From: Squalus acanthias
Lineage: Eukaryota
NCBI GenBank assembly: GCA_030390025.1
Contig: CM059445.1
Coordinates: 43,834,001 to 43,898,000, forward strand
Reading direction: 5' to 3'
Length of the DNA stretch: 64,000 bases
Of the stretch, positions 36,628-48,051 are shown piece after piece; positions within the stretch are counted from its first letter, which is position 1, and every line of letters begins with the position of its first letter. Under the pieces are notes generated by a model, which saw only the letters and a list, made by a program, of their open reading frames with translations, made no database searches and had not been told where the DNA came from. Made by a program: the position numbers and the translations under genes.

Positions 36628-38798
36628 GATGCTCTTTTGAGTTGAGTTTAAGGCAGAGATGAGATAGTTCTGCTCTGGATCTGGACCATGCAATTTTTGA
36701 TGTGGGTTGCTTGAAGCTTGTATAGGTTTGAAAAATTGGAAGAGTTCCATTTCCTAGCACCAACAACCTTCACCTTGCAGAGCAGATAAGGTCACCATCC
36801 CTCTTGCTGCTACACAAACTAATGGTATTTTTCATGGTTCTTTTTAGATGTATTTATTTATCCAAATAAAAATTCATCAGTGACAGAGGCACAACTGCAT
36901 TATGAGTCTGGACCTACTAACTGGCTAAATGGAACCTCAGTCTGTCTGATGTATGCCATATTTGTTTTTATTTCCCTGTCACCAAGCCTGGTATCCAATG
37001 AGTGTTGTCCAGTGGGTCTAATGACCTAAACTGTACTATCAATGACGCTCAATGCTTAGCTCACTCTCTTGGCTAAATTTTGCCCTGAAATGCTCTGTCT
37101 GTGAAAGAAACTTGGCCAGCATGTGTACCTTTGTTACCTTTGCTTTGAGTCATTTTGATCATGGGCTTTAAGAATTAACCATCAAATAACTCCATAAACC
37201 TACAAACCGAGGTTTAAAAAGTGAGATGCTTGGCTCAAGGTCGCCACTTCATTATTTGTCTGAACCTCTGAATGGAGCTTTTGGGCTGCTTGACCATTTT
37301 TCCTGACCATATCCAAAAGTTATTAATATTACAGCAACGCTGTGTAAATTAAAATAAATTATCAGTGAATTGCTGTAGGATTATCAAAAGTTAGAAACAA
37401 ACACTCTTTTCACCTACTTGTGTGTGCTCATCAAAGTGAGGGATGTCGGTGCCGGGGGTGGGGGGGAAGAAATCATTTTCCATATTTGCAGTGATGGAGT
37501 CATGCGTTACCATTCAGAGGTAATACAAGGATGCTCCTAGACTACTCTGTTACACGAGATAAGCCTCAGGAATGCACCTGCTATTTCATGTGCGTGATAC
37601 TTCCATGTCCTGCTCTTACTCCTCCAGCACAACCCTGTCAAGGCAAATTTTAAACTGTCATGCCAACCCAGTGACTTCTCCATGAACTCATTTTCCACAG
37701 CCTGCTCCACACAATTTAACTCTAGCCCAAACTGGTCCATTTCGTAACCTGCTGAGCATAAAATGGCTTTATTGTAGACCTGTTTATGTACACATGGGAG
37801 TGTACATCAAAATGGCAAATAACTATATCCCTGGCAAAAGTGAAAGCACTCCACTTTTATCATTCCTAGTGACTTATTAGAGAGCAGCATTTTCAGGGTC
37901 CAGGAACAGGTCCCCTACCCACCTTTTTAATTGGGGAATGGTGAAGGGGGGAAATAACTTCAAAATGGGGACGAGGAATTAAAATAAAATGAGGTAAAAA
38001 TTAGACTTAAAGGGAAAGTGATGTTAACTGTCCAAAGCTACTCCAGATCTCACCATGATTTTTTTAAATTTCAGGCTAGCAAATTTCCTATGATTTTTTT
38101 TATACAGACTAATGGATTTCCCATGATTTTTATTTTGTACCAATGAGTGGATTTCCCGTAGCGCTGCCCATGGTAGGCTGGAGGATGTGCTGTTTCAGAA
38201 GAACAGGAGCACAATACCATGTAACATGGGTTTTACTATTCTGTTGCTGAAGTGTAGCTATGGGAAATTGGTGGTCCTTCAAGGCTACAAGGCCTTGCAA
38301 AGAGAGGCTGAATGGACTGGGCAGATACTCAGCTCAATTAGAAGTGCGGCTGACTTTCTTTTTATACTTTCTCTTGTTTGACACAGAAATTTACACATAG
38401 ATGAAACATTTAAGGCATTGCTCATGGTGAGTCAGAGGGTACACTGTTTTATACTATGTCATGTATAATATATAATCAAGGCACTGATTTATGGAGCTTG
38501 AATAAGTGACACGGGGTAGGTATGTGTCTGGGCCTTGTTTTCAAGCCCAGAATTGGCACTGCGCAGCCAGCGTGCATCACTCACATGAGCGCATCTATGA
38601 AGCAAAATTGGTGGGGGTTCCTCAGTATCATAAAAAAGGCGGGCTGCCAGCATGACTAACACTTTGATGGGTGGCTCGCCTAATGAGGGGGGGGGGGGGG
38701 AAATCAGGCATCTCTGACGCCATTTAAAGGCATCCTGCACCTCTTAAAAGGGAGGTGTACTGCGACTGCAGGAAACATATTCAATTCAACTTGCCGAA

Positions 38799-39960
38799 AT
38801 GGCAGGTGGACGAGAAGATGGAAGGCCCCCCAGTTTTCGGACGCTGCACTGGAGATGTTGATGGAAGTGTTGGTGGAGATGGTGGGTAGGAGGAGGGATG
38901 TCCTCTTCTCACCAGGCGGCAAAGGTCTTGGGACAAGCTGCTTGGCAGTAGTGGGTAGAGGTGGCAGTGTGCATCAGTGCCAGGAGCATACCCCCGCGAA
39001 CCTGGCTGCAATGCAAGAAAAAGTTTAATGACCTGACAAGGGCTGCTAAGGTAAGACTCCTAACTCTTATCTCTCATTACTCTCTGCTTAACACTGCACT
39101 AACTTTAGCCCCAGCACTCACAACCCTTTCCTCCCCGATTACCAGCACTCTCCTCCAATCACTGCAACGCACTTCACTCCTTCTGCTCTGAATACCACTC
39201 TCTACACCTACTACTCTCTTCACTATTACTGCCTTCACCTCCTCACTCCTCTGCCACCCTTCACACACCAACACCACTATTCTACATTGATATGCATATC
39301 CTCAAAGCATCTCACTAGTCTACAATGAACATTCTCCCTTCTTTCTTGCAGCAGAAGCTCACAAGCATTAATAGGGAGCAGGCAAGAACCTCTATTCACA
39401 CCTTTCCCCTAGTTGAAGAAGAGGTCGTAGAGATCGTGGGGATGGGTCGCGTCAGGAGCGTTGGGGGTGGCAAGACTGGAGAATGCGTCCTGCAGAGTTC
39501 TTGGCCATCTTGTCCTCTTTCCCTTCTCCCTGAAACCTCACGCTCACACACTCTGCAGCACAAAGTGCAGCTGCTTTCAGCAGCCACTCACCTGTCTCAG
39601 CTCACCCTCGACACCATGTTAACCCTTGTTCCTCTCTAAACCTTTCAGGTGCAACACATGTAGAGCCTCCAGTGGTCAACAAGCTGGAACAGGGCCATAC
39701 CCATGAAGGCACACTGCCACTCGACCTTACCGTAGCAAGTGTCAGCTCAGAGACTGGCACCCTGTGTGGTTTAGAGGATAGGCTAGCCGGGTCTGCACAC
39801 GGAGACTTACGCAGCACTAGTGCACAAGAGTACGGGCATAAGACGGCTCAGGAAGCAGCTCGTCGGAGGGAGAGCTTGCATCCTAGCCCTGCTGCAGAGG
39901 GCCGAGATGAAGATCTCGAGGGTGCAGCCTACAGAAGGTGGCTATACACCAGGAGCTACT
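38799..39960 (+). pseudogene. Decayed intron-containing Harbinger Myb/SANT-like DNA-binding protein gene (NAIF1/MSANTD-like)
   Basis: Frameshifted exon KAPQFSDAALEMLMEVLVEMVGRRRDVLF...WVEVAVCISARSIPPRTWLQCKKKFNDLTRAAK|GTAAG (donor 39051). Acceptor tttcttgcAG at 39351, then QKLTSINREQART...EEEVVEIVG; a further acceptor at ~39648. Confidence 0.75.
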
Positions 39961-40032
39961 GAGCGGCACTGGCTCCATGAGATAGGCTTAGGAGCCCGAT
40001 TTCCATATTAAAAGGGACCTTTTGCCTGAACG

Positions 40033-40479
40033 TCCCATTCACCCATCTCCCCTGTGCTCACTGACCTACATTGGTTCCAGGTTAAGCAGCGCTTAAATTC
40101 TCATCCTTGTTTTCAAATCCCTCCATGGCCTCGCCCCTTCCTATCTCTGTAATCTCCTTCAGCCCCACAATCCCCCGAGATATCTGCGCTCCTCTAATTC
40201 TGCCCTCTTGAGCATCCCTGATTATAATCGCTCAACCTTTGGTGGCCGTGCCTTCTGTTGCCTAGGCCCTAAACTCTGGAACTCCCTGCCTAAATCTCGC
40301 CGCCTCGCTACCTCTCTTTCCTCCTATCTCTTTGACCAAGCTTTTGGTCACCTGCCCTAATTTATCCTTGTGTGGCTCGGTGTCAAATTATTTGTCTTAA
40401 AATACTCCTGTGCAGCGCCTTGGGACGTTTTACTGCGTTAAAGGCGCTATATGAATACAAGTTGTTGTTGTTGTTGTTG
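40033..40479 (+). mobile_element. L2-clade LINE 3' end with (TTG)n tail
   Basis: Encodes PISPVLTDLHW..ILVFKSLHGLAPSYL..LRSS..GGRAF..GPKLWNSLP. Ends TAAAGGCGCTATATGAATACAAG followed by (TTG)n. Confidence 0.88.
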
Positions 40480-42897
40480 AAACAGGCAGGCGCTTTGGAA
40501 ACCCATCAGTAGGCCCCTTTCAAAATTGAGCCAGCTTCCTCGCTGGTGTCAACGGGATGGTGAGTCTACCAACCCCATTTTGAGGCTGTTACCGCCCGGT
40601 TAATGCAGGGCAAAGGTGGCCAAAACCGAACCCCCATCTGTGGATATTGAAGACAGATCAGATTTGGCTGCAATGCCCCATAATCAAGAAGCCTGCTGAC
40701 ATTCACTGCTCGGCTTATAGGTGAAGAAAGGCCACTTTGCCAACGCACCGGATAGTGACCGGCACCTGTGGAACTGTACCCCACCAAGAGGGAAATGTTT
40801 CCAGAAGAGAGGAGAAAACCATTGGAAAAAAGGAGGGAGTAGAAAAATGATCTGTTTGAGAGAGGCAGGTTAATGACATAGCATCAGGTTTACTGACAAT
40901 GTGATCTGTAATATCAATCACACATTTATGGTATTTTAAAGCTATTAAATTAAAAAGTGTCAATAAAATTTAGACTATTTCTGAATCATTTATTTTACAG
41001 TACAGTTTGTGATCAAGCATACTGTATTCACAGTTCGCTCATTCATTTCTGTCGGGGATCTTGACCACACAAGGAAGTCAAATCTGAAGGAAGGTGTGGA
41101 AGGAGTCTATAGGTTAGTGGTGACAGGTATTCCAGATTTCAACCAACCAGTACTTGGTGTTCTTGTGATATCTTCCAAGGGAGAGAATGGCAAGTGTAAA
41201 TTTATTGTCATATTTAACCCTTTCTTTTTAGATAACTTTCAGACACATTTACCAGCCTGTACATAGCTCCTGTAGTAAAGATGTAAAATTGAGCAAATGA
41301 AATATACTGAACACAAATCATGCAGGTATCAATTGTTTCACATGCACAGTTTAAAAAAAAAGAATCCCGTGCTATAAACAAGCCAGGGTTCACTGTAGGA
41401 GGCAAGTTTACAGAACCACTATCAAAAAACATTTCTGTACACCATATACAGCATCATTTTGACTCCTGTCATAGCTACCAGAGAGGAGATGGTCCATTTG
41501 TTCGGCCTTGATTCAAAACCTATACCAGAAGTGTTCCAAGAGTTGGTGCTGTCCAGTCTCTTTCATTACTTAATGTGGGTGATTTGTTAGTTAATCTGAA
41601 GGATGGGTTGGTCTTGCTTTCACAGGAGTGTACAGTCTTTGGGCAGGATTGAAAAATGGCTCTCGCATAACATGGACTAGAGAGGTAACGTAATATACTG
41701 TGGTGTGGGCTATATTACCAATTAGATTTGAAGAATGCTTTCAGGTGCCATTCTTTGCTTATTTGAAATCTATGCCACTTCCATAAGGTAGATTACATGA
41801 TTCAGAAAGACAAAACCTTTTTACTTTCAACAGACCCATCAATCACAGATAGCTTATATTGCTTTTATTAGTTTATGCAATATCACCTCATCGGTTCAAA
41901 ATAATTCCACTGAATTTCTTTTGACAGTCCCTAACAATTTGCTGCAATGCGAAATTAATGACAGTTAGTAAATGATTACACTGCTGTGCAACAGAGCGTC
42001 ATTTGTATGTGTCTAACGACATAAATATTCATCTACAATGGGCTTCACCATGCTGACAGAGGGGGAGGAATGGCAGGATTAGGGAAAATGCTTAGGAACA
42101 ATCACACTGAGCCACTCAGAAGACAAATGCAACAACGTTTAACTAGCGGAAGCATGCATTGCTTTAGCAGATGTGACTTTAAAGGGGAATACTTGAACTT
42201 CCAACAACGCAAGAGTTTTCTTTCTCAAGCGATTTTTTTTTTCTCTGTTTCGCGAGAACAGAAAAGACGACAAATCCAAGTGGATCAAAAGTGAGTTATG
42301 TCATGAAAGAGGAGGCGTTTCGAAACAACAATATGAATAGAGGAAAACATATTGATGTCCATTGTTGCCATCTGAAATATTTCATTTCAGAAAGACAAAC
42401 ACAGCAAAGTGTTTTTGGACCATTGGCTTGGCACGTAATTGGGTACGATAGTGACAGTGCATAACAGCCCTGAGAAATTACTGCCAGTCCTCCATGCCAT
42501 CAGGAACTGAAGACTGAATTGTGCAAATATCGCATCAAAAATACAGCACTGTTTATGTTGTGCAATTTACACTTATAGGTAGATCCCATTTTTAAAGTAT
42601 GTGCATTTTCATTATGACATATTCACTAAAAATCTATCACTTTGAACCGCAGAACAAAGAACTGTCTTATTTGAACACATTATGCATAGTATAATGTTAA
42701 ATGGCAGGATGGTTTAAAAAATAAAATAGATGTTTGTGATTGGGGAAATATTTCCATTTTTCTTGGCAACTGATTGATGGTAGATTTTGCACTGTGTTTT
42801 CTTGAACATATTACTGTACTGTCTTTTCAAATTTTATTCATAGTTAAATTTAGCTGCCAGCTTTGGCACACAATCTTATTAAAAGTCCACTGAACAC

Positions 42898-42986
42898 CAT
42901 AGAAGCATACAGCACAGAAGGAGGCCATTCGGTTCATCGTGTCTGTGCCGGCTCTTTGAAAGAGCTCTCCAATTAGTCCCACGCCA
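42898..42986 (-). mobile_element. CR1 3' tail fragment
   Basis: CATAGAA..TACAGCACAGAAGGAGGCCATTCGG; same family as 47899-48051. Confidence 0.7.
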
Positions 42987-44123
42987 CTGTCACAAAGTTT
43001 AAAACAAATGGAAAATGTAGTAGTCCAATAGGACAATGGTTAAAGGCATTTATTTCCTGTGTGGTTGTTCCTGACCCTCCAATCTGCCAACCATACTAAT
43101 GGTGGCTTTTATTTGTTCTTGATGTGCCCTGGTTCATTCAATGTCTGACCACAAGGACAGGTGGAGTGGCTAAACAGGGAAGGGGGGAAAAAAATGAAAA
43201 AGAATGCCGACCAATTTGAGGCCCACCTTGAGCAGGGGGAGCCTGCAGCAACAATGTTGGGGTTGCGAAGAAACTTCTGACTCACATTCCACGTCCATCC
43301 AACTGAATAGGGCAGAGAGTTCATCAATTGGAAATTAAGGAGAAATCACATGGGAAACAAAAAAAAGGAAGAAAATTGAACACAAAAATGGAAAATGATG
43401 GCAGGTAAAGAACATTCCAAGTATTGTATTCCCCTTTAAAGGAAAAATGAGTTTAAAAGCCCCACCTGCTGCCCCCCCCCCCTTTCAGACATGGATTCGA
43501 CCCTTACCTATTGAGGTGTTGAGGACCTGGTCACAACAACACTGCCGTGATAGCTGAGATTAATCAAAAACAAAGCAGTTAAGACTCTGAATGATCCATT
43601 TAATTTGAAGAATATTCATTAAACGAATGAAGACATTCAGGTACACGAGCAGAATGCTCAATAATGTCAGTGGGTTCCGCATACACTGCAACTGACATCA
43701 ATGGAAATGGAACAGGATCTTGAACAAAATGAAAAGACACTTTCAGGTCATTTTTAAGAAAATAAATACGGAGTTTTCAAGCACAATGACAAGACACGAT
43801 AGCGTTACCTGCAACTCACTCGAAAAGGAGTTCACTGAGAAAAGGGAAAAATGGAACACTTATGCGGTGATTGAGAACTTCAGGCAGCCTTGGGTTATAA
43901 CGTTTCAAGATTGATTAATGTCAACCTTCAAACTCATATTATCACACCCTGATCGATTGTATCCAGTCGAGTGGAGACCTGAGCTACGAGTCCTGGAGTT
44001 CATATTGTGGCAAAGGACAAATTCAAATCAGCAATAATAAAGCAAAGAATTTTGGCTGATATTTCCTTCTTATCTAAAGGAGAGAAGAGTATATCAACAG
44101 CCTCAGTATGTGCAGTCACAAAA

Positions 44124-44247
44124 AGAAAGACTTGCATTTATATAGCGCCTTTCACGACCACCGGACGTCTCAAAGCGCTTTACAGCCAATGAAGTACTTT
44201 TGAAGTGTTGTCACTGTTGTAATGTGGGAAACGCGGCAACCAATTTG
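44124..44247 (-). mobile_element. DeuSINE 3' fragment
   Basis: Reverse complement of ~2740-2866 (AGAAAGACTTGCATTTATATAGCGCCTTTCA...GTCACTGTTGTAATGT). Confidence 0.8.
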
Positions 44248-46409
44248 TCCACCTGTAGTCCCTCCAGAATTATATGCAATACAATACATAGTTTGTTTGC
44301 TTTTCAAAGGCCTCTGATAAAGTTCCAAGAGTACTTTTTAATTTCCTTTTCATTTACATGCTTTCCTTCTTCAGCTAGGCTCCCTAATGAATTCACACTT
44401 GTGAAACTGTTCATAATAAGTATCTGCTCATCAACGCAATTGAAAATAATTCTTTGCACTTATTAGGAGTAAACAAAGCAATCCTAGGTCAAGTGGGCAC
44501 AGAAGCAATACACATTGTTTCCTACATTGGTCTGAAAACGCTGTTATTCCATAGTCTTCTGTAACCCTTTCCTTTCCACCAACTGCACTAGTGTGAGGTT
44601 TTCATGCTTCACACTGTCTATGCTTGTGCATTACCCGGGTAAGGAGATCAGTGTCAATAAGAAAATGTTAAGCAGAGTTTTGTCCTTTGGGTTCGATTCC
44701 ACTAAGAAATGAACAAGAGACTGCCGAAATTTACCTCGCTTACAGCTTTTAACAGGTGTAAGAGACAGGAGACCGTCACTCCATCTCTCTTGGCCTCGTG
44801 TTTGAATTCAACCCAGGACTGAATCGAGATTATTCCAGCCATTTCTGAACAACATGCCATCCAGAGCAAAAGCATTATTAGCATGGACTTATAAGAACAT
44901 ATTTTAGAATTTGTGGGCATAACTCAGGACTTCTACCCCAGGCACTTTTTAATTCCTTGATGCTAACGTTTGGATTTCCATATTTAAGTTCACTCCCCTG
45001 GTGTTTTAACATCTGAAATGATGCATCCACATAACGGTAAGGACTGGTGCAGACATGCAGACCAGTAGTCACGTATGTAGCAGATGGGAAAAAAAATCTA
45101 AGTATCATCCCCAAATGTAAAGAATCAACACAGCTGGCATAACATCCTCCCTGCTGAGAACAAACAACGGCTGCTTATGGGACCTATTTCTGAAGATAAA
45201 TACCTCGTGGTTATATCAGTGTTCAGGGCAAGTGAAATTGACATTAGTAGTACTCCAATGTTTACCCCAGTAAATTGAGAGTGTAAGGCAGCTACCAACC
45301 TGTCTATTTAAGATTAAATGCCCATAAGTCTGGTAAGCAATTACTGTTTCTGTAGGTTACCTGCGAACATAGCATTCTGGGTCTCAGAGGTCTGGTATTA
45401 CCGTCTGAAAGCCAACTCCAGCCCCAAATATTCCCGATTGGTTTTCTATAAAATACAAATCTCCCCAAACTATCCGGGAGGAACCCTGATAACCTGTGCT
45501 GAATGTTCTGGCTCCTGGTGTTACAGGTAAACTTTCTGACTGTACTGTTGGTCTAACCTATCTGGATTGGTGATTGGCAGAAGTGATTTGGTCTCCTCTC
45601 AGGTGTCTTGTAGGATATAGCAATGTCTGATTAAAAATAGAGGCTGTAGCACCTTTGCCGGTGAGGGGTTTATTTATTTATTTAACTATGCCTTACAATT
45701 AAAGAGAAATGTGTGACTGTCTCAGTATACAGTTGTACATTTCTTGCTTACTGATGCATGCCGGTTATCATAATGTAGGAGGTGTGCACACAGCCAATAC
45801 TCATGGAAAGGAGGGACGTAATAATGCCTCAAATTGTTCACACCCCTGGAGCAGGCCCCAGACCACACCATACCGCCAATTTCACCAACAGCAGGCTTCA
45901 CACTTGGCACCAAGCAGCTGTTCTGGGAACACCGACAAGCCCACTACACATATGACTACAGTTCAATGCAGTGTAGGGGCAGCATTCCGCTCAGTTCTTT
46001 ATGACGGTGATTGAAAATCTAGTTTCTTTTGCTATGGCAGCGAGCAAAGGAAGCAAATCAGTTGAATCCAAAATAATGTTGCTATGTCTGATCTATCACA
46101 GCTAAAGGTCAAGGTAAATGTTTTTTGTGGATAAGAAATATACACAAATTGTTCTGGATGATGGCACGGTTTGATCTGTGAGATCATTACCAGTTCTTTA
46201 TTTAACACCTAGAATAATAAATCCTAATGCACAGCATCTGTCAGTTCCATTCTATGATAAGGAGACAGAATATGGGCTCTTGTAGGGGAAGGCTTGCCCT
46301 GCTAATGTTTCTCAATCCTCACTGAAGAGATGGAGCGCATCTGTGGCTCTCTCTCTTCAAGTGAGAGCTGGGCCTGTTTCTGGCAGGGGTGGATATTAAC
46401 TCTTACAAA

Positions 46410-46672
46410 AGGTAGGTACTGCAAGGAATTCAGGGCCAGAGTGATGTCCTGGACTAGTTTTGATCGCCTAGATGGCTTGGAGAGGAATTTCCCAGATTTC
46501 CACCCCCCCCCCCCCCCCCAATTGGGCTTTTATCTGTTTTTTCGCCTCTCCCAGATCACATGGTTTTGGGTGGGGAGTGTATATATTGTGATACACAAAG
46601 TATCACAATTGGGTGGGACAGGCTGGATGGACCAGTGGGTCTTTACCTGTCCGCCATTGTTTGTGTGTTCGT
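46410..46672 (+). mobile_element. CR1-clade 3'UTR-like repeat fragment
   Basis: Ends with a CR1-type stem-loop GGACAGG.TGGATGGACC..GGTC..TACCTGTCC followed by a short simple-repeat tail. Confidence 0.5.
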
Positions 46673-47898
46673 TGTACCACGCCAAACTCTGTCTGGTAGC
46701 TCGAAAAATATCTCCATTGCTGATTAGCAAGTACCAACTTTCCTTGGATACTGATGCACCTAGCCGAATACATCAAATAATATCTTGCCATCAATGAAAA
46801 ATACTGCCTTTTCAGATGACAAATAAGGGGGAGCGGTGGGGGAACCTCAGTATTGAAAACAAAGATTACCGAGCTACATATCAACTGAAGGCTAAATGAA
46901 AATGCATGCACAAACTACATTTGACTATGAAATAATATTTGAGGGGGAGGTAAGCAGGGTCTCTTTATGGTGGGGGTGCCTTCAAAATTTCAGGCCTGTG
47001 ATAGTACATTGGAACCGAGTCGATCTTCCAGAGTAGACTTGGTAATCTTATACCTGCAGCACGAAGGTCAGCAATACTCCAGGGAGCTGCTGACTCACCA
47101 GGCACTTTGGCTTAGTGATGGAACATGGAAAGTTAAACCAGTTATATTGGGGCGGTACTCTTCCCACTCAGTGACATTTAACTCTGCAAGCCAATGCTCT
47201 AATGAAGCTTGGCAGAACCAGGAGTGGGAAGCTTACCAGTGGTTTGTGTCGGTAAGCTACACAGTTTTAGCCAAATTTCAGCAGTGGTCCCACATACACT
47301 CAGGGAAGGGGGTCGCTAAGCCTTGGCTCTTGGCCTATGTAAGATGCCAGTGTCCCTGAGGAAAGGAGTATTCACTCCATATCAGGCAAATACAAACTCT
47401 ACTTATGTGGATTTCCAAGTTGTTAGGTTTTGAGCCTCAAGCATGATGATGGTTATGTGTTTCAGACATGGAAGAATAAAGCCTTTCCACTTGTCCTTTA
47501 AATATTTGGTATTTTTCCAAATGAAAGTTTGTATCTGCATAGTAAATAACCAATTATTGCACAGAATAAGCCTTGTTTTACATCACCAGTGGAATGCTGG
47601 GCATTGATCAAACACTGCAAGGGATGCTCTCTGGTTTAGCTTGTAGCTTTTTTATTCTCCACAACTTAAATCCGAGACCACAGTAAAACACAAATTTGTT
47701 GAAGCAAGGGAATGGGCCTTCTGGGTTCCTGAAACTAGCCTGAGACTGACAAAAAACCATTTTCCCATGAACTTCATCGGTCACTAAAGAATTGCAACTT
47801 CCCTCACTCAATACTAGATTTAAATTGCTTTAGACAAGACAGCTTTTGGGTGGAATTCCCAACACAGTAATTCTACCACAAGCTGCCAACTTAAGCTG

Positions 47899-48051
47899 GA
47901 ATCATAGAATAGTACAGCACAGAAGGAGGCCGTTCGGCCCATCGAGTCTGCGCCGGCTCTTTCGACGAGCAATCCAGTTAATCCCACACCCCCCGCTCTT
48001 TCCCCATATCCCTGCAATTTTTTTCTCCTTCAAGTATTTATCCAGTTCCCT
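47899..48051 (-). mobile_element. CR1 3' tail fragment
   Basis: GAATCATAGAATAGTACAGCACAGAAGGAGGCC.TTCGGCCCATCG; minus strand encodes LDKYLKEKK.QGYGERAG. Confidence 0.8.

Larger units (their letters stand above)
38530..40635 (+). mobile_element. Internally deleted PIF/Harbinger element with Myb/SANT gene remnant and a nested L2
   Basis: GC-rich subterminal regions, loosely matching ends GGGCCTTGTTTT / AAAACCGAACCC, and an internal Myb-like gene. Boundaries approximate. Confidence 0.6.

Noticed and set aside
36338-36766. 142-aa and 67-aa minus-strand ORFs as genes
   Set aside because: They cross the PLE insertion boundary at 36627; only the last ~26 codons of the 67-aa frame are true PLE coding sequence.
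38054-38160. Short reiterated ATTTCC.ATGATTTTT motif (similar short duplication at ~51446-51517)
   Set aside because: Few degenerate copies, consistent with ordinary slippage; not CRISPR-like.
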